DNA from: an uncultured Gammaproteobacteria bacterium
Lineage (GTDB): Bacteria; Pseudomonadota; Gammaproteobacteria; SG8-11
NCBI GenBank assembly: GCA_964654485.1
Contig: CAZZJI010000004.1
Span: forward strand, 1,104-65,103
Length of the DNA stretch: 64,000 nucleotides
Direction: 5' to 3'
The notes beneath the pieces were generated by a model that made no database searches, had not been told where the DNA came from, and worked only from the letters and a program-made list of their open reading frames with translations. The translations under genes and the position numbers were made by a program. Below, one piece after another: positions 20,665 to 29,031 of this stretch (its first letter is position 1; every line of letters begins with the position of its first letter).

Positions 20665-21723
20665 GTGAACAAAAGGCTAATATTATGCGTAGTTGCGCTT
20701 ATAACAGTTTTATCTTTGAATACGGCAATTGCCGATAACCATGGTGGTGAAGGGTGGGATCCGCAGTCGCGTGCCTCAGCCCAAGGTTCTATATTTAATA
20801 CTCGGCACAATTTCTCGATGCTTTATAGCTCGGCTGAGTTGGAATTGATGGGGGCGGTATCAATGAATCTTTACCCCGAGGTTTGTGTGTACTGTCACAC
20901 ACCTCACGGGGCTAACTCACAAATCGCTGCACCCATTTGGAACCGCACAATTAACACCAGTCAATACACAGTATTTGACAAGCCCAGGATGATAAACCAA
21001 CCCATTACACAACCGGGTCCAGGTTCATTAACCTGCCTTTCATGCCATGATGGCACGATTTCGACCGACTCCGTTATTAACATGCCTGGCTCGGGGCGCT
21101 ACAATAAAGCGGGTGAGACCGTTTGGGATCCTGCTTTTCTCGATCGTTGGAGTGCAGAATTTGGTGGCATTGGCCCTGCGTTTACCGGACCAACTTCTCA
21201 TAAACGAATGCGGCGCGGTGATACTAGTGCAGAAAGTTGTATGGCTTGCCACAATCCCAATGAAGTGGCAGCAGGTGCTGCCCCAGCGCCTGACTTTACT
21301 GTGTTCGGTATCGAAGAAGATCTACGAGATGATCACCCAATCGGTATCTTGTTTCCTTACCTATTCGGCGAATCCTTAATTCCAGGCACCGACTTTTGGG
21401 TGCCTACTGGCACTTTCACTACTCCGTCTGGAGAGGGAAAAATGGACTTCTTCGACACCGATGGAGACGGCAGGCCAGATACAAACGAAGTTCGCATGTA
21501 TGACACTGGCGACGGACCAGAAGTAGAATGTTCTTCATGTCATGATCCACACGGTATTCCTTCAGCAGGTAAAGGTTCGCGCTTTAACCCCAGTTTTCTT
21601 CGCGTGAACAATCTCAGCCCGGCTGGCAATAATGGCGGACCCGGTGTAGCCGGCATCGCCCCGTCAGTCACGGCTCAAGGGTTAACCGAGAGTGCGCTTT
21701 GTTTAACTTGCCATGATAAATAA
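20665..21723 (+). CDS. Pentaheme c-type cytochrome of the doubled-CXXCH type, secreted
   Basis: 352 aa with a signal peptide. The heme motifs are CVYCHTPHG, CLSCHDGT, CMACH, CSSCH and CLTCH. Confidence 0.85.
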   Translation: MNKRLILCVVALITVLSLNTAIADNHGGEGWDPQSRASAQGSIFNTRHNFSMLYSSAELELMGAVSMNLYPEVCVYCHTPHGANSQIAAPIWNRTINTSQYTVFDKPRMINQPITQPGPGSLTCLSCHDGTISTDSVINMPGSGRYNKAGETVWDPAFLDRWSAEFGGIGPAFTGPTSHKRMRRGDTSAESCMACHNPNEVAAGAAPAPDFTVFGIEEDLRDDHPIGILFPYLFGESLIPGTDFWVPTGTFTTPSGEGKMDFFDTDGDGRPDTNEVRMYDTGDGPEVECSSCHDPHGIPSAGKGSRFNPSFLRVNNLSPAGNNGGPGVAGIAPSVTAQGLTESALCLTCHDK

Positions 21724-21744
21724 GTTTTAATATTTTATGATAAA

Positions 21745-21780
21745 AAAAGGCCTCGCATCGCGGGGCTTTTTTTTACGTTA
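21745..21780 (+). terminator. Rho-independent terminator candidate after the pentaheme cytochrome gene
   Basis: A GC-rich hairpin (ggcctcgcatcgcggggc) is followed by a T8 run, directly after the stop codon at 21723. Confidence 0.55.
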
Positions 21781-21861
21781 ATTTTCTGTCGATTAAACCT
21801 AAATAATAAGGTGCTGAGTCTAAAAGACTTTTTGTACTACTATTTTGGACGAAAGCGTATC

Positions 21862-21960
21862 GCCTACAGGGAAATAGGCGAAGCTTCCGCTCCTGCTCAC
21901 GCCCCTCGCCTACTTCCCTGTAGGGCGGTCAACATGTTCTGAAAAATCCTTTATTTTTGT
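21862..21960. repeat. Composite palindromic element. An 11-bp perfect inverted repeat (cctacagggaa ... ttccctgtagg) encloses nested short hairpins. On the minus strand it is preceded by a Shine-Dalgarno plus ATG mini-ORF that copies the ccmA translation-initiation region.
   Basis: The arms are 21863-21873 and 21914-21924. The 27-mer aacatgttctgaaaaatcctttattt (21931-21957) matches 33980-34004 at the ccmA start with 2 mismatches. It encodes the 12-codon minus-strand ORF MLTALQGSRRGA. Confidence 0.5.
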
Positions 21961-22079
21961 GCGTTAGGCGTCCGCACTGCATGGACGCAGAGCAGTTGCC
22001 GAGTAGGTTCAACTGATTTTAAGGAGGAGAATAAGTTCGGCTGATTGTAGCGGAAGAAATTATCAGCTACACATTCACA

Positions 22080-23471
22080 TCAATCTGCGATTTGAATCGT
22101 GCCGACAAAAAGCACAGTGGGAAAATTACGTTGCAGTTCTTTACTGAAAAAATTCGACATAAATACGCCGGTGCTATACTGAATTTTCGTCCCAGTGTTT
22201 AATTTGGTCTTTGGACCCGCTATCCAGATCAAACCATTTTTGGAGTCCAGAACTTGTATATAGTTGTATGCCGTCGCTTCGATCACTTTTCTAACTGTTC
22301 CTTCATTGGGTAAAATTAATTTCTTGTTTTTACGCTCTTGCAGCTTGGTTTTATAGGTTTGTGCTTGTTGTTTGCTGCCCCAAAAACCAATATCCCCTTC
22401 TTTGTTAAACGTAGCGTACACAACACTGTTTAAATACCCTTCGCGATTGGTGCCACCCAACAGATAAATCCAGTCTTTATAAACCAATGCGCTAAATGTC
22501 GCTCTGGGCCGAATCATTGCGGTGGTGTCACGCCACTCGCCTAACCCACTGTCTGAACCCTTGCTTTTTTCGATACTGTCCAGATATTCAGCCCCTGTCA
22601 ATCCACCCAAAGCATACACATAATCACCATGCGCTGCGGTCGCCAGACCATAACGGCCGGTTTGCAACGAGTTAGTAGTTTGCCATTTCTGCATACCACT
22701 CGAAGCAGCAGCGCCAAGTGACCATTCAACATCGGTAATACCGACGCCCTTAGTTTGATCATGACCACCAATAACATAGGCCTTGTTTTGCCACTTTCTC
22801 ACACCCGTGACATAACGTGGTATGGTCAATTTCTCGTTATCCACTTTCCAGGCACTCAAACTACCGTCGGCATTAAATGTGCTGTATTCCACGCTATCCA
22901 GTAAAGCGCCCCCGAAACCACCAAGCGCATAGAGTGCATCATCGAGAATCATCACTTTGCTACAACGACGTGGTAACGCCATTTTTGATTCTACCACCCA
23001 GGGTCCTAAACTGCCGTCCGCAAGAATCTGCGCGCGTTCCACCGTACTCAAATAATTTTCGCCATTCGGGCCATTACCACCACCCACTACATAGATAAAG
23101 CCATTACGTACCGCCGCATCAATGAATACACGCTCTTCTAACAGATTCGGGCCTTGCTGCCATTCACCAACGGAACCATCTTTATTGATACGCGCATAAA
23201 TCGAATCTCTAAAAATTTCCCGGCCTGCAACACCCCCTAATAGATAAATAACGTCGTTATATACGACTGCCGCACCACCCGCACGCGGCGTCGGCATCGC
23301 CATCGTTTCTTGCCAACCCGGCACCCAAACAGAAGCTGAACTCGAATCAGCACTCATATCAGAGCTAATAGTAGAATCAGAACTCTGTTGTTTGTCGGCT
23401 TGCTTATCGCCGCAAGCAAACAATATCGAGAACATAGAAACAATGATTAATCTTGTTATTAGATTATGCAT
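22080..23471 (-). CDS. Kelch-repeat beta-propeller lipoprotein with an extra C-terminal domain
   Basis: 463 aa. The lipobox is LFACGDK. Kelch-type blades are present (VIYLLGG, FIYVVGGG, ALYALGG, KAYVIGG, YVYALGG, WIYLLGG). A roughly 90-aa C-terminal domain has unknown function. Confidence 0.75.
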   Translation of the reverse strand: MHNLITRLIIVSMFSILFACGDKQADKQQSSDSTISSDMSADSSSASVWVPGWQETMAMPTPRAGGAAVVYNDVIYLLGGVAGREIFRDSIYARINKDGSVGEWQQGPNLLEERVFIDAAVRNGFIYVVGGGNGPNGENYLSTVERAQILADGSLGPWVVESKMALPRRCSKVMILDDALYALGGFGGALLDSVEYSTFNADGSLSAWKVDNEKLTIPRYVTGVRKWQNKAYVIGGHDQTKGVGITDVEWSLGAAASSGMQKWQTTNSLQTGRYGLATAAHGDYVYALGGLTGAEYLDSIEKSKGSDSGLGEWRDTTAMIRPRATFSALVYKDWIYLLGGTNREGYLNSVVYATFNKEGDIGFWGSKQQAQTYKTKLQERKNKKLILPNEGTVRKVIEATAYNYIQVLDSKNGLIWIAGPKTKLNTGTKIQYSTGVFMSNFFSKELQRNFPTVLFVGTIQIAD

Positions 23472-23598
23472 AATTGAATTAAATATTAGAGAATAGAAGC
23501 ATTGAGTTTAATCGTGAAGGCACAAAGTACACAAAGAAATATTTTAAACCTTTGCGTACTTTGTGGTGAATAATATTACCTAAGTCCGACTGGCTGAC

Positions 23599-24891
23599 TT
23601 AGAGCTTATAATTAGATATCCGTGCTACACCACCAAAGCTACCCACCCACAGAGTGCCATCAGACGCCTTTGTTAGGGAAAAGACATTATCTGCAAACAA
23701 ACCATCAGTTTTCGTCATGATAGAAAAACCGTTACCATCAGCATTGGGTCTGGCTAAACCTTTATTTGTACCAATCCAAAGGCGGCGATCTTTCTCATCT
23801 AACTGAAGTGTAAAAATATGATTTCCCGGCAATCCGTCTTTTACAGTATAATTTTTCCAGTTGGTACCATCGAAGCGCGATAGTCCACCCCCCCAGGTAC
23901 CACACCAGACGATACCATCGTCATCAACAACTATTGAAACGATATAGTTCGGATTGAAACCAACCTCAATATCACTGCCCGCTTCCGCCGCCTGTGCCGC
24001 ATGATGTTGTGATACCTTTGAAGGATCATTTCTATAAGGAATATCGGCTTGCACTAATTCGTATTTTGCACCAAGACCATCTTTATGCTGCCAATTGCTC
24101 CACTTACCCTCTTTTAGTCTGGCAAGCCCGCCTTCGGTGGCAAACCACATTTCTCCGTTTTTACCAGCCTCTACGCCGTAAACCCAATCATTGGGTAATC
24201 CACCACCGGTATTTTCAGTTGTATAGTTCGACCACTTGGATGGATCATCTAAATCACCTCCCTTAACGAAGTTAGCACCAGACCAAGTCGCTATCCAGAC
24301 ATCGCCATTTCCATCTCTAAGCACATCGTAAACAAACTGATCTGCCAGTCCATCAGGAATATTATAATTTTTCCATTTTTTAGTCGTCAGATCAAAAGTA
24401 GACATGCCGCCACCATAGGTACCCACCATAATGCGATTGTCCAGCTTACTTACATGAAATACGCCGTTTGACAGCAAGCTTTTATTCTTAACATCATATA
24501 ATTCGTACTGATCAGATTTCAGATCATACTGAATAATACCGCCTGAAGTGCCTACCCACACTTTGTCACCATCCGCAAGCATACCTTTAACATTGCGGTT
24601 ACCGACACGAAAATGCGCGAAACCAACACCTTTCTCATTAGCCCGGGCCATCGTTGACTCGGTCCCCCCAGTAGGGTGATTGGGCGGCAAATTCTCTGTC
24701 GGGTTCTGTCCCGAGAGGCCAGGCAAGCTTGTACGACCCGGAGTAGATGGACTTGACCCACTCGCGCTGTTTGAACTACTTGTAACAACGGGCTGTTGCC
24801 CGCCTTGTTTCACGCCTAAAGAAAATGCGCCCGCGACAACTACACCAACGACGATAATTAAAATTGCCAATCCTTTAAAATCAAGCTTCAC
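23599..24891 (-). CDS. Beta-propeller protein with two-component-regulator-propeller (Reg_prop)-type repeats, a TM anchor and a Ser/Pro-rich linker
   Basis: 430 aa. It has recurrent W.GT.GG and KDGL repeats (WVGTSGGIIQY, WIATWSGANF, WFATEGGLARL, WCGTWGGGLSRF, WIGTNKGLAR, WVGSFGGVARI). Confidence 0.7.
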   Translation of the reverse strand: MKLDFKGLAILIIVVGVVVAGAFSLGVKQGGQQPVVTSSSNSASGSSPSTPGRTSLPGLSGQNPTENLPPNHPTGGTESTMARANEKGVGFAHFRVGNRNVKGMLADGDKVWVGTSGGIIQYDLKSDQYELYDVKNKSLLSNGVFHVSKLDNRIMVGTYGGGMSTFDLTTKKWKNYNIPDGLADQFVYDVLRDGNGDVWIATWSGANFVKGGDLDDPSKWSNYTTENTGGGLPNDWVYGVEAGKNGEMWFATEGGLARLKEGKWSNWQHKDGLGAKYELVQADIPYRNDPSKVSQHHAAQAAEAGSDIEVGFNPNYIVSIVVDDDGIVWCGTWGGGLSRFDGTNWKNYTVKDGLPGNHIFTLQLDEKDRRLWIGTNKGLARPNADGNGFSIMTKTDGLFADNVFSLTKASDGTLWVGSFGGVARISNYKL

Positions 24892-24955
24892 TTCAAAACC
24901 TCCGGAGTTAATCAGTGCTAAAAAATCACACCTTACCTTAAATTGTTAACCTTTT

Positions 24956-26122
24956 TTATTTCCCCAATAAAACAACACCTGCTCGTCCACCAACCCAGAC
25001 ACCACCGTCGGACGATAATGCAATAGTATAAATATTGTTATCAAGCAGCCCGTCTTTCATTGTAAACGTATACCAGTTTTTCCCATCATAGCGAGACAGC
25101 CCATTGTTAGTGCCAAACCAGATACTGCCGTCTTTTTTATCTATCGCTAGCGCAAAAACAATATCGCCGGCCAAACCTTGCTCTTGCGTATAATTAGTCC
25201 ACTTTTTGCCGTCAAAGTGACTTGCACCACCGCCCCAGGTCCCCGCCCAAACAGTATCATCTGCGGCGACTTCGAGCGTAAATATATAATTTGGATTATA
25301 GGTCGTTCGCCCTTCTAACATGACACTTAAATCGTGACGCGATCGTGTGCCCAGGCCTGTGTTTTCACTTACTGACAACCCCCCTTTGTTTGCTGCACCT
25401 AGTCCATCCTCATGTGTCCAAGTCAGCCAATTGCTACCATCAAACATGTTCACACCGCCTTCGGTGCCAATCCAAACCTGATCTTTAGAATCCACTGCCA
25501 AACCATAAACCCATTCATTAACCAACTCAGTTAAATAGGTATTAAATTCCTCTGTTTTTACATCATAGGTATTTAACCCGTACCAGGTGCCAATCCAGAT
25601 CGTGCCGTTTGCCTGTTCAGCAAAGGCATACACCCAATAATCGGCCAAACCATGCATCGGGAAATAAGTTTTCCAATTACCATCTTTTAAATATGAGACA
25701 CCACCGCCATTTGTGCCGAACCACTTGCCACCGTGACTGTCCGCCATAATGCCAAAGATATATTCGTTCGCAAAACCAGTATCACGCGTGTAAGTATTGA
25801 GCATATTTCGTGATGCGATATCAACTTGTAACGCACCGACCGTTGTGCCAATCCAAATTTCGTTCTTCGATTCATCGATAGCCAAGGACCGTACAAAGAC
25901 AGTCTCACCCACATCAAATGTTTCCAACACTTTATAACCACTGGCGTTCGCCGCTTTTTCAGGGACTTTTTCAGGGAAGAGCGAAGGAGAAAGCGCAGAA
26001 GACGGTGGCGTCGCAGTGGGTTGTGGTTTCGACGATGATGTTTCGTCTTGTTCCCGATCATCGCCACAGGCATTCAAACCAACCATCGCGCTCAGTATTA
26101 AAAATATTAATGCATTTTTCAT
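24956..26122 (-). CDS. Reg_prop-type beta-propeller lipoprotein; paralog of the 23599-24891 gene
   Basis: 388 aa. The lipobox is LNACGDD. The repeats are WIGTTVGALQV, WFGTNGGGVSYL, WIGTWYGLNTY, WIGTEGGVNMF, WAGTWGGGASHF, WFGTNNGLSRY and WVGGRAGV. Confidence 0.7.
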   Translation of the reverse strand: MKNALIFLILSAMVGLNACGDDREQDETSSSKPQPTATPPSSALSPSLFPEKVPEKAANASGYKVLETFDVGETVFVRSLAIDESKNEIWIGTTVGALQVDIASRNMLNTYTRDTGFANEYIFGIMADSHGGKWFGTNGGGVSYLKDGNWKTYFPMHGLADYWVYAFAEQANGTIWIGTWYGLNTYDVKTEEFNTYLTELVNEWVYGLAVDSKDQVWIGTEGGVNMFDGSNWLTWTHEDGLGAANKGGLSVSENTGLGTRSRHDLSVMLEGRTTYNPNYIFTLEVAADDTVWAGTWGGGASHFDGKKWTNYTQEQGLAGDIVFALAIDKKDGSIWFGTNNGLSRYDGKNWYTFTMKDGLLDNNIYTIALSSDGGVWVGGRAGVVLLGK

Positions 26123-26146
26123 TTGTTTATTCTTTTAATTAATTAA

Positions 26147-26485
26147 CTAAAATATATTTCTTATGTAGGTGATAACATCCATAATTTGTTCATCTTTAAG
26201 AATGCCGTTATATCCTGGCATAATCCCTTTTCCGTTTTTTATGATCACCAGTAATTGTTGATCAGTTGCCATGAGGCCTTCTCTTTTTTTGAAATTTGGC
26301 GCATTTAACATAGGAGTACTACCACTGCTTTCATGACAATCAAAGCAATATTTATAATATATCGGCCTACCATCAAATGGGTTACCCGCAACAGCCTTTC
26401 CCGAGACCAACAGCCCGGTAGTCAACAATGTGGCTGTGAAAAAAACCAGTATGGTAAAATTTTGATTCAACGCTTTTAACTTCAT
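26147..26485 (-). CDS. Small monoheme class I c-type cytochrome, secreted
   Basis: 112 aa with a signal peptide and a single CFDCHESSG heme motif. It is the last gene downstream of ccmI. Confidence 0.8.
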   Translation of the reverse strand: MKLKALNQNFTILVFFTATLLTTGLLVSGKAVAGNPFDGRPIYYKYCFDCHESSGSTPMLNAPNFKKREGLMATDQQLLVIIKNGKGIMPGYNGILKDEQIMDVITYIRNIF

Positions 26486-26564
26486 TTTAATCAGCCTTGA
26501 TTGTCGTTATATTTATTCTTTTATTAAGTATTTTTGTTAAGAGTTAAAATTATTATTTGAATAC

Positions 26565-27875
26565 CTATGGTCTAACTGAGTTTATCAACAATGGTATTTC
26601 GGTAGTGCCAACAGAAATGACCGGGCTTTTGCCCTCAAAGTCTCCACTTTGTGGTGTCGCATTGCCGCTCTTAGAAATCCTGGCACCGACTATAACATCT
26701 TTAAATTTCGACAGTTTAAATGCTGGATTCATTGATGACGAATCATCCAATACAAAAGTAATCGGCAAATCTTTTACTTGTTTCTTCAATATAGCTAGCG
26801 GCATACGCGGACCAGTCGCTGCTCTGGCGAAGATGAAAACTGTATCGGTCGGCGCGGCGCTGCTCGCAAAAACAGGTGCAATTGTCACTACACCACTGAC
26901 GCTGCTGGCTCCCGCCGCCGCGCCCGGTGCCGTAGGAAGTGCCGTAGAAAGTACAGCAGACGATTTTTCAGAGGGCGTCGCGGCAGAACCACCAGATGCA
27001 GTTGGTGATGGAACGGACATACCGCGCAACACCATCAATTCTTTTACTTCCCCAATATTACGCTGAATCTGTTGAGCGCTATCTGACTCGGGCGGAAAAA
27101 GAGATACTAATTTTTCCCAGTAGGCAAGCGCCGCTGGAAAATCTTCTGCTTGATATGCGCCTGTTCCCGCTAACCAGAGTGATTTTTGGTGAAACGGTTG
27201 TAATGTGAGTGCTTTCTTGACCAGCTCATAGGGTCGGCCTGCCATCTGCCGATTATTCGCAACTGCAAGTGTGTCAGCAAAATCAGCCAGTAAATCCGGG
27301 TTGTTTTCACCAGATAATTTTATCGCTTCACCATATGCTTTACTGGCTTCAAGATGACGTTTTTGAAAATAATAAGTACGCCCTAACATAATCCATCCTT
27401 CTACATCGCTTGGATTTGATGCCAAACGCTGCTGCAGCCCTAGGATCACATCGTCGATAGACCCTTCGTGACCTTCAGAACTTGCTACTACTGAGGGGTC
27501 ATTAGGTGAAATCGCGGCCAGCCCCCCGCCTATCTCGTTGTAAATAAGTACTGCTGCCAATGGAATACCTAAACCAATTACGATGGCTGTGGTACTGCCT
27601 TTGGAAACTTGTTGTGAATGCGGGTCATCCGGTTCTTTTACATCTTCCAATAAACTTCGATCAAGTTCTTTGCGAGCACTATCGAACTGTTCATCGGTTA
27701 GTACACCATTTTTTAAATCTTCATCCAACTCGGCTATTTTATCTTTATGAATAGCAATATTAATCTTGTCGCGCTTTACATCTTCCTGCCTTTTACCCGC
27801 GTACAATAAGGGGGGCAATAAAAATAATAATCCTGCAACTAACAATAATACAGCGACAATCCAAAATACTGTCAT
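26565..27875 (-). CDS. ccmI: Cytochrome c-type biogenesis protein CcmI (TM anchor, TPR repeats, long Ala/Ser-rich C-terminal extension)
   Basis: 436 aa. It is the last gene of the ccm operon. The N-terminal TM helix, KRDKINIAIHKDKIAELDEDL and the TPR-like region are typical of CcmI/CycH. Confidence 0.75.
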   Translation of the reverse strand: MTVFWIVAVLLLVAGLLFLLPPLLYAGKRQEDVKRDKINIAIHKDKIAELDEDLKNGVLTDEQFDSARKELDRSLLEDVKEPDDPHSQQVSKGSTTAIVIGLGIPLAAVLIYNEIGGGLAAISPNDPSVVASSEGHEGSIDDVILGLQQRLASNPSDVEGWIMLGRTYYFQKRHLEASKAYGEAIKLSGENNPDLLADFADTLAVANNRQMAGRPYELVKKALTLQPFHQKSLWLAGTGAYQAEDFPAALAYWEKLVSLFPPESDSAQQIQRNIGEVKELMVLRGMSVPSPTASGGSAATPSEKSSAVLSTALPTAPGAAAGASSVSGVVTIAPVFASSAAPTDTVFIFARAATGPRMPLAILKKQVKDLPITFVLDDSSSMNPAFKLSKFKDVIVGARISKSGNATPQSGDFEGKSPVISVGTTEIPLLINSVRP

Positions 27876-28414
27876 GACTTATCCTTTTCTCCAGCACCTT
27901 TTTCTTCAGCGCGCAATAATTCGTTCACTTGCTTGCTTTCGTCATCTGATAGCGTAGGTGAGCTAACAACTTGTTTACTGCGCCGTTTTAAATTTATAAA
28001 AAGTAGTGTGCCACCAATCACAAGAAACAGTGCAGGTCCAAACCAAAGTAACATGGTGGTTGCTTTAATAGGCGGTCGATAACGCACAAAATCACCATAT
28101 CGTTCCACCATATAATCAATAACTTGAACTTCTGTTTTACCAGACGAGAGCATCTCCCGTACCTGATTCTTCAGGTCAACGGCTAACGCAGCGTCGGAAT
28201 CGGCTATCGTCTGATTTTGACAAACCAAACAACGTAATTCAGCGGAAACGGTGTTTACCTTTTCTTCCAATACCGGATCCTTAGCCATTGGCGTGGCTTC
28301 CTTGGCTAATACCGGATTGCTTACCATTATTTCAAGCAAAATAGTCCCAATCAAGACCCCAAGCAAAACTTGTGCGGTTAGGAAAAATTCAACATTTTTG
28401 ATTAGATGTTTCAT
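27872..28414 (-). CDS. ccmH: Cytochrome c-type biogenesis protein CcmH
   Basis: 180 aa. It has the LRCLVCQNQ redox motif and a C-terminal TM helix. The start and stop overlap those of ccmG and ccmI. Confidence 0.85.
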   Translation of the reverse strand: MKHLIKNVEFFLTAQVLLGVLIGTILLEIMVSNPVLAKEATPMAKDPVLEEKVNTVSAELRCLVCQNQTIADSDAALAVDLKNQVREMLSSGKTEVQVIDYMVERYGDFVRYRPPIKATTMLLWFGPALFLVIGGTLLFINLKRRSKQVVSSPTLSDDESKQVNELLRAEEKGAGEKDKS

Positions 28415-28947
28415 CCTTTTTCCAACTCCTTAAGCAATGGCATCACATCTTCTACTAATGATTGTCTAGTCACAGGTCCAATCACTTTGTGCCGAATAAT
28501 GCCTTGTTTATCTATCACAAACGTTTCAGGGACGCCGTATACACCATAATCAATGCCGACTCTACCATCATAATCCACAACACTTAATTTATAAGGATTA
28601 CCATGTTGCTGCAACCATTGCTTCGCGTCTTTGGGCACATCCTTGTAATTCAAGCCATACAAAGGCACATCTCCGCGACGCGCAAATTCCATCAACAATG
28701 GGTGTTCAGCAAGGCACGCTACACACCATGAAGCCCAAACATTTAATAACCATACCTTGCCACGCATTTCCTCTGGTGAAAATGACAACTGAAAATCATG
28801 TAGCTGAGAAAGCTTAAACGCCGGCGCCGCTTTATTAATAAACGGAGACGGCACTTCTCTGGGCTTAAGACTTAAACCCTTCCACAAAAATCCAACCATC
28901 ACAGCAAAAATAATGAGTGGCAGTAAAAACTTAATATAACGTGCCAT
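28411..28947 (-). CDS. ccmG: Thiol:disulfide interchange protein CcmG/DsbE
   Basis: 178 aa. It has a thioredoxin fold with the WCVAC active site and an N-terminal TM anchor. Confidence 0.85.
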   Translation of the reverse strand: MARYIKFLLPLIIFAVMVGFLWKGLSLKPREVPSPFINKAAPAFKLSQLHDFQLSFSPEEMRGKVWLLNVWASWCVACLAEHPLLMEFARRGDVPLYGLNYKDVPKDAKQWLQQHGNPYKLSVVDYDGRVGIDYGVYGVPETFVIDKQGIIRHKVIGPVTRQSLVEDVMPLLKELEKG

Positions 28948-29031
28948 TAAAATACTCCGTTCATCTACCTACCCGTATTAATGCAAACAATGAACCAGGC
29001 AAATAGGGTAAAAATATCGCAAATTAGTGTA

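Noticed and set aside
21745-21960. Reading the 21862-21960 palindrome simply as the terminator of the Kelch gene
   Set aside because: On the minus strand it is not followed by a T-run. Its match to the ccmA initiation region and its embedded mini-ORF suggest something more specific. It is reported as a finding with moderate confidence rather than as a terminator.
26557-27066. 169-aa plus-strand ORF overlapping the ccmI 3' region
   Set aside because: It is antisense to the Ala/Ser-rich tail of ccmI. The sequence is low-complexity and there is no start or RBS context.
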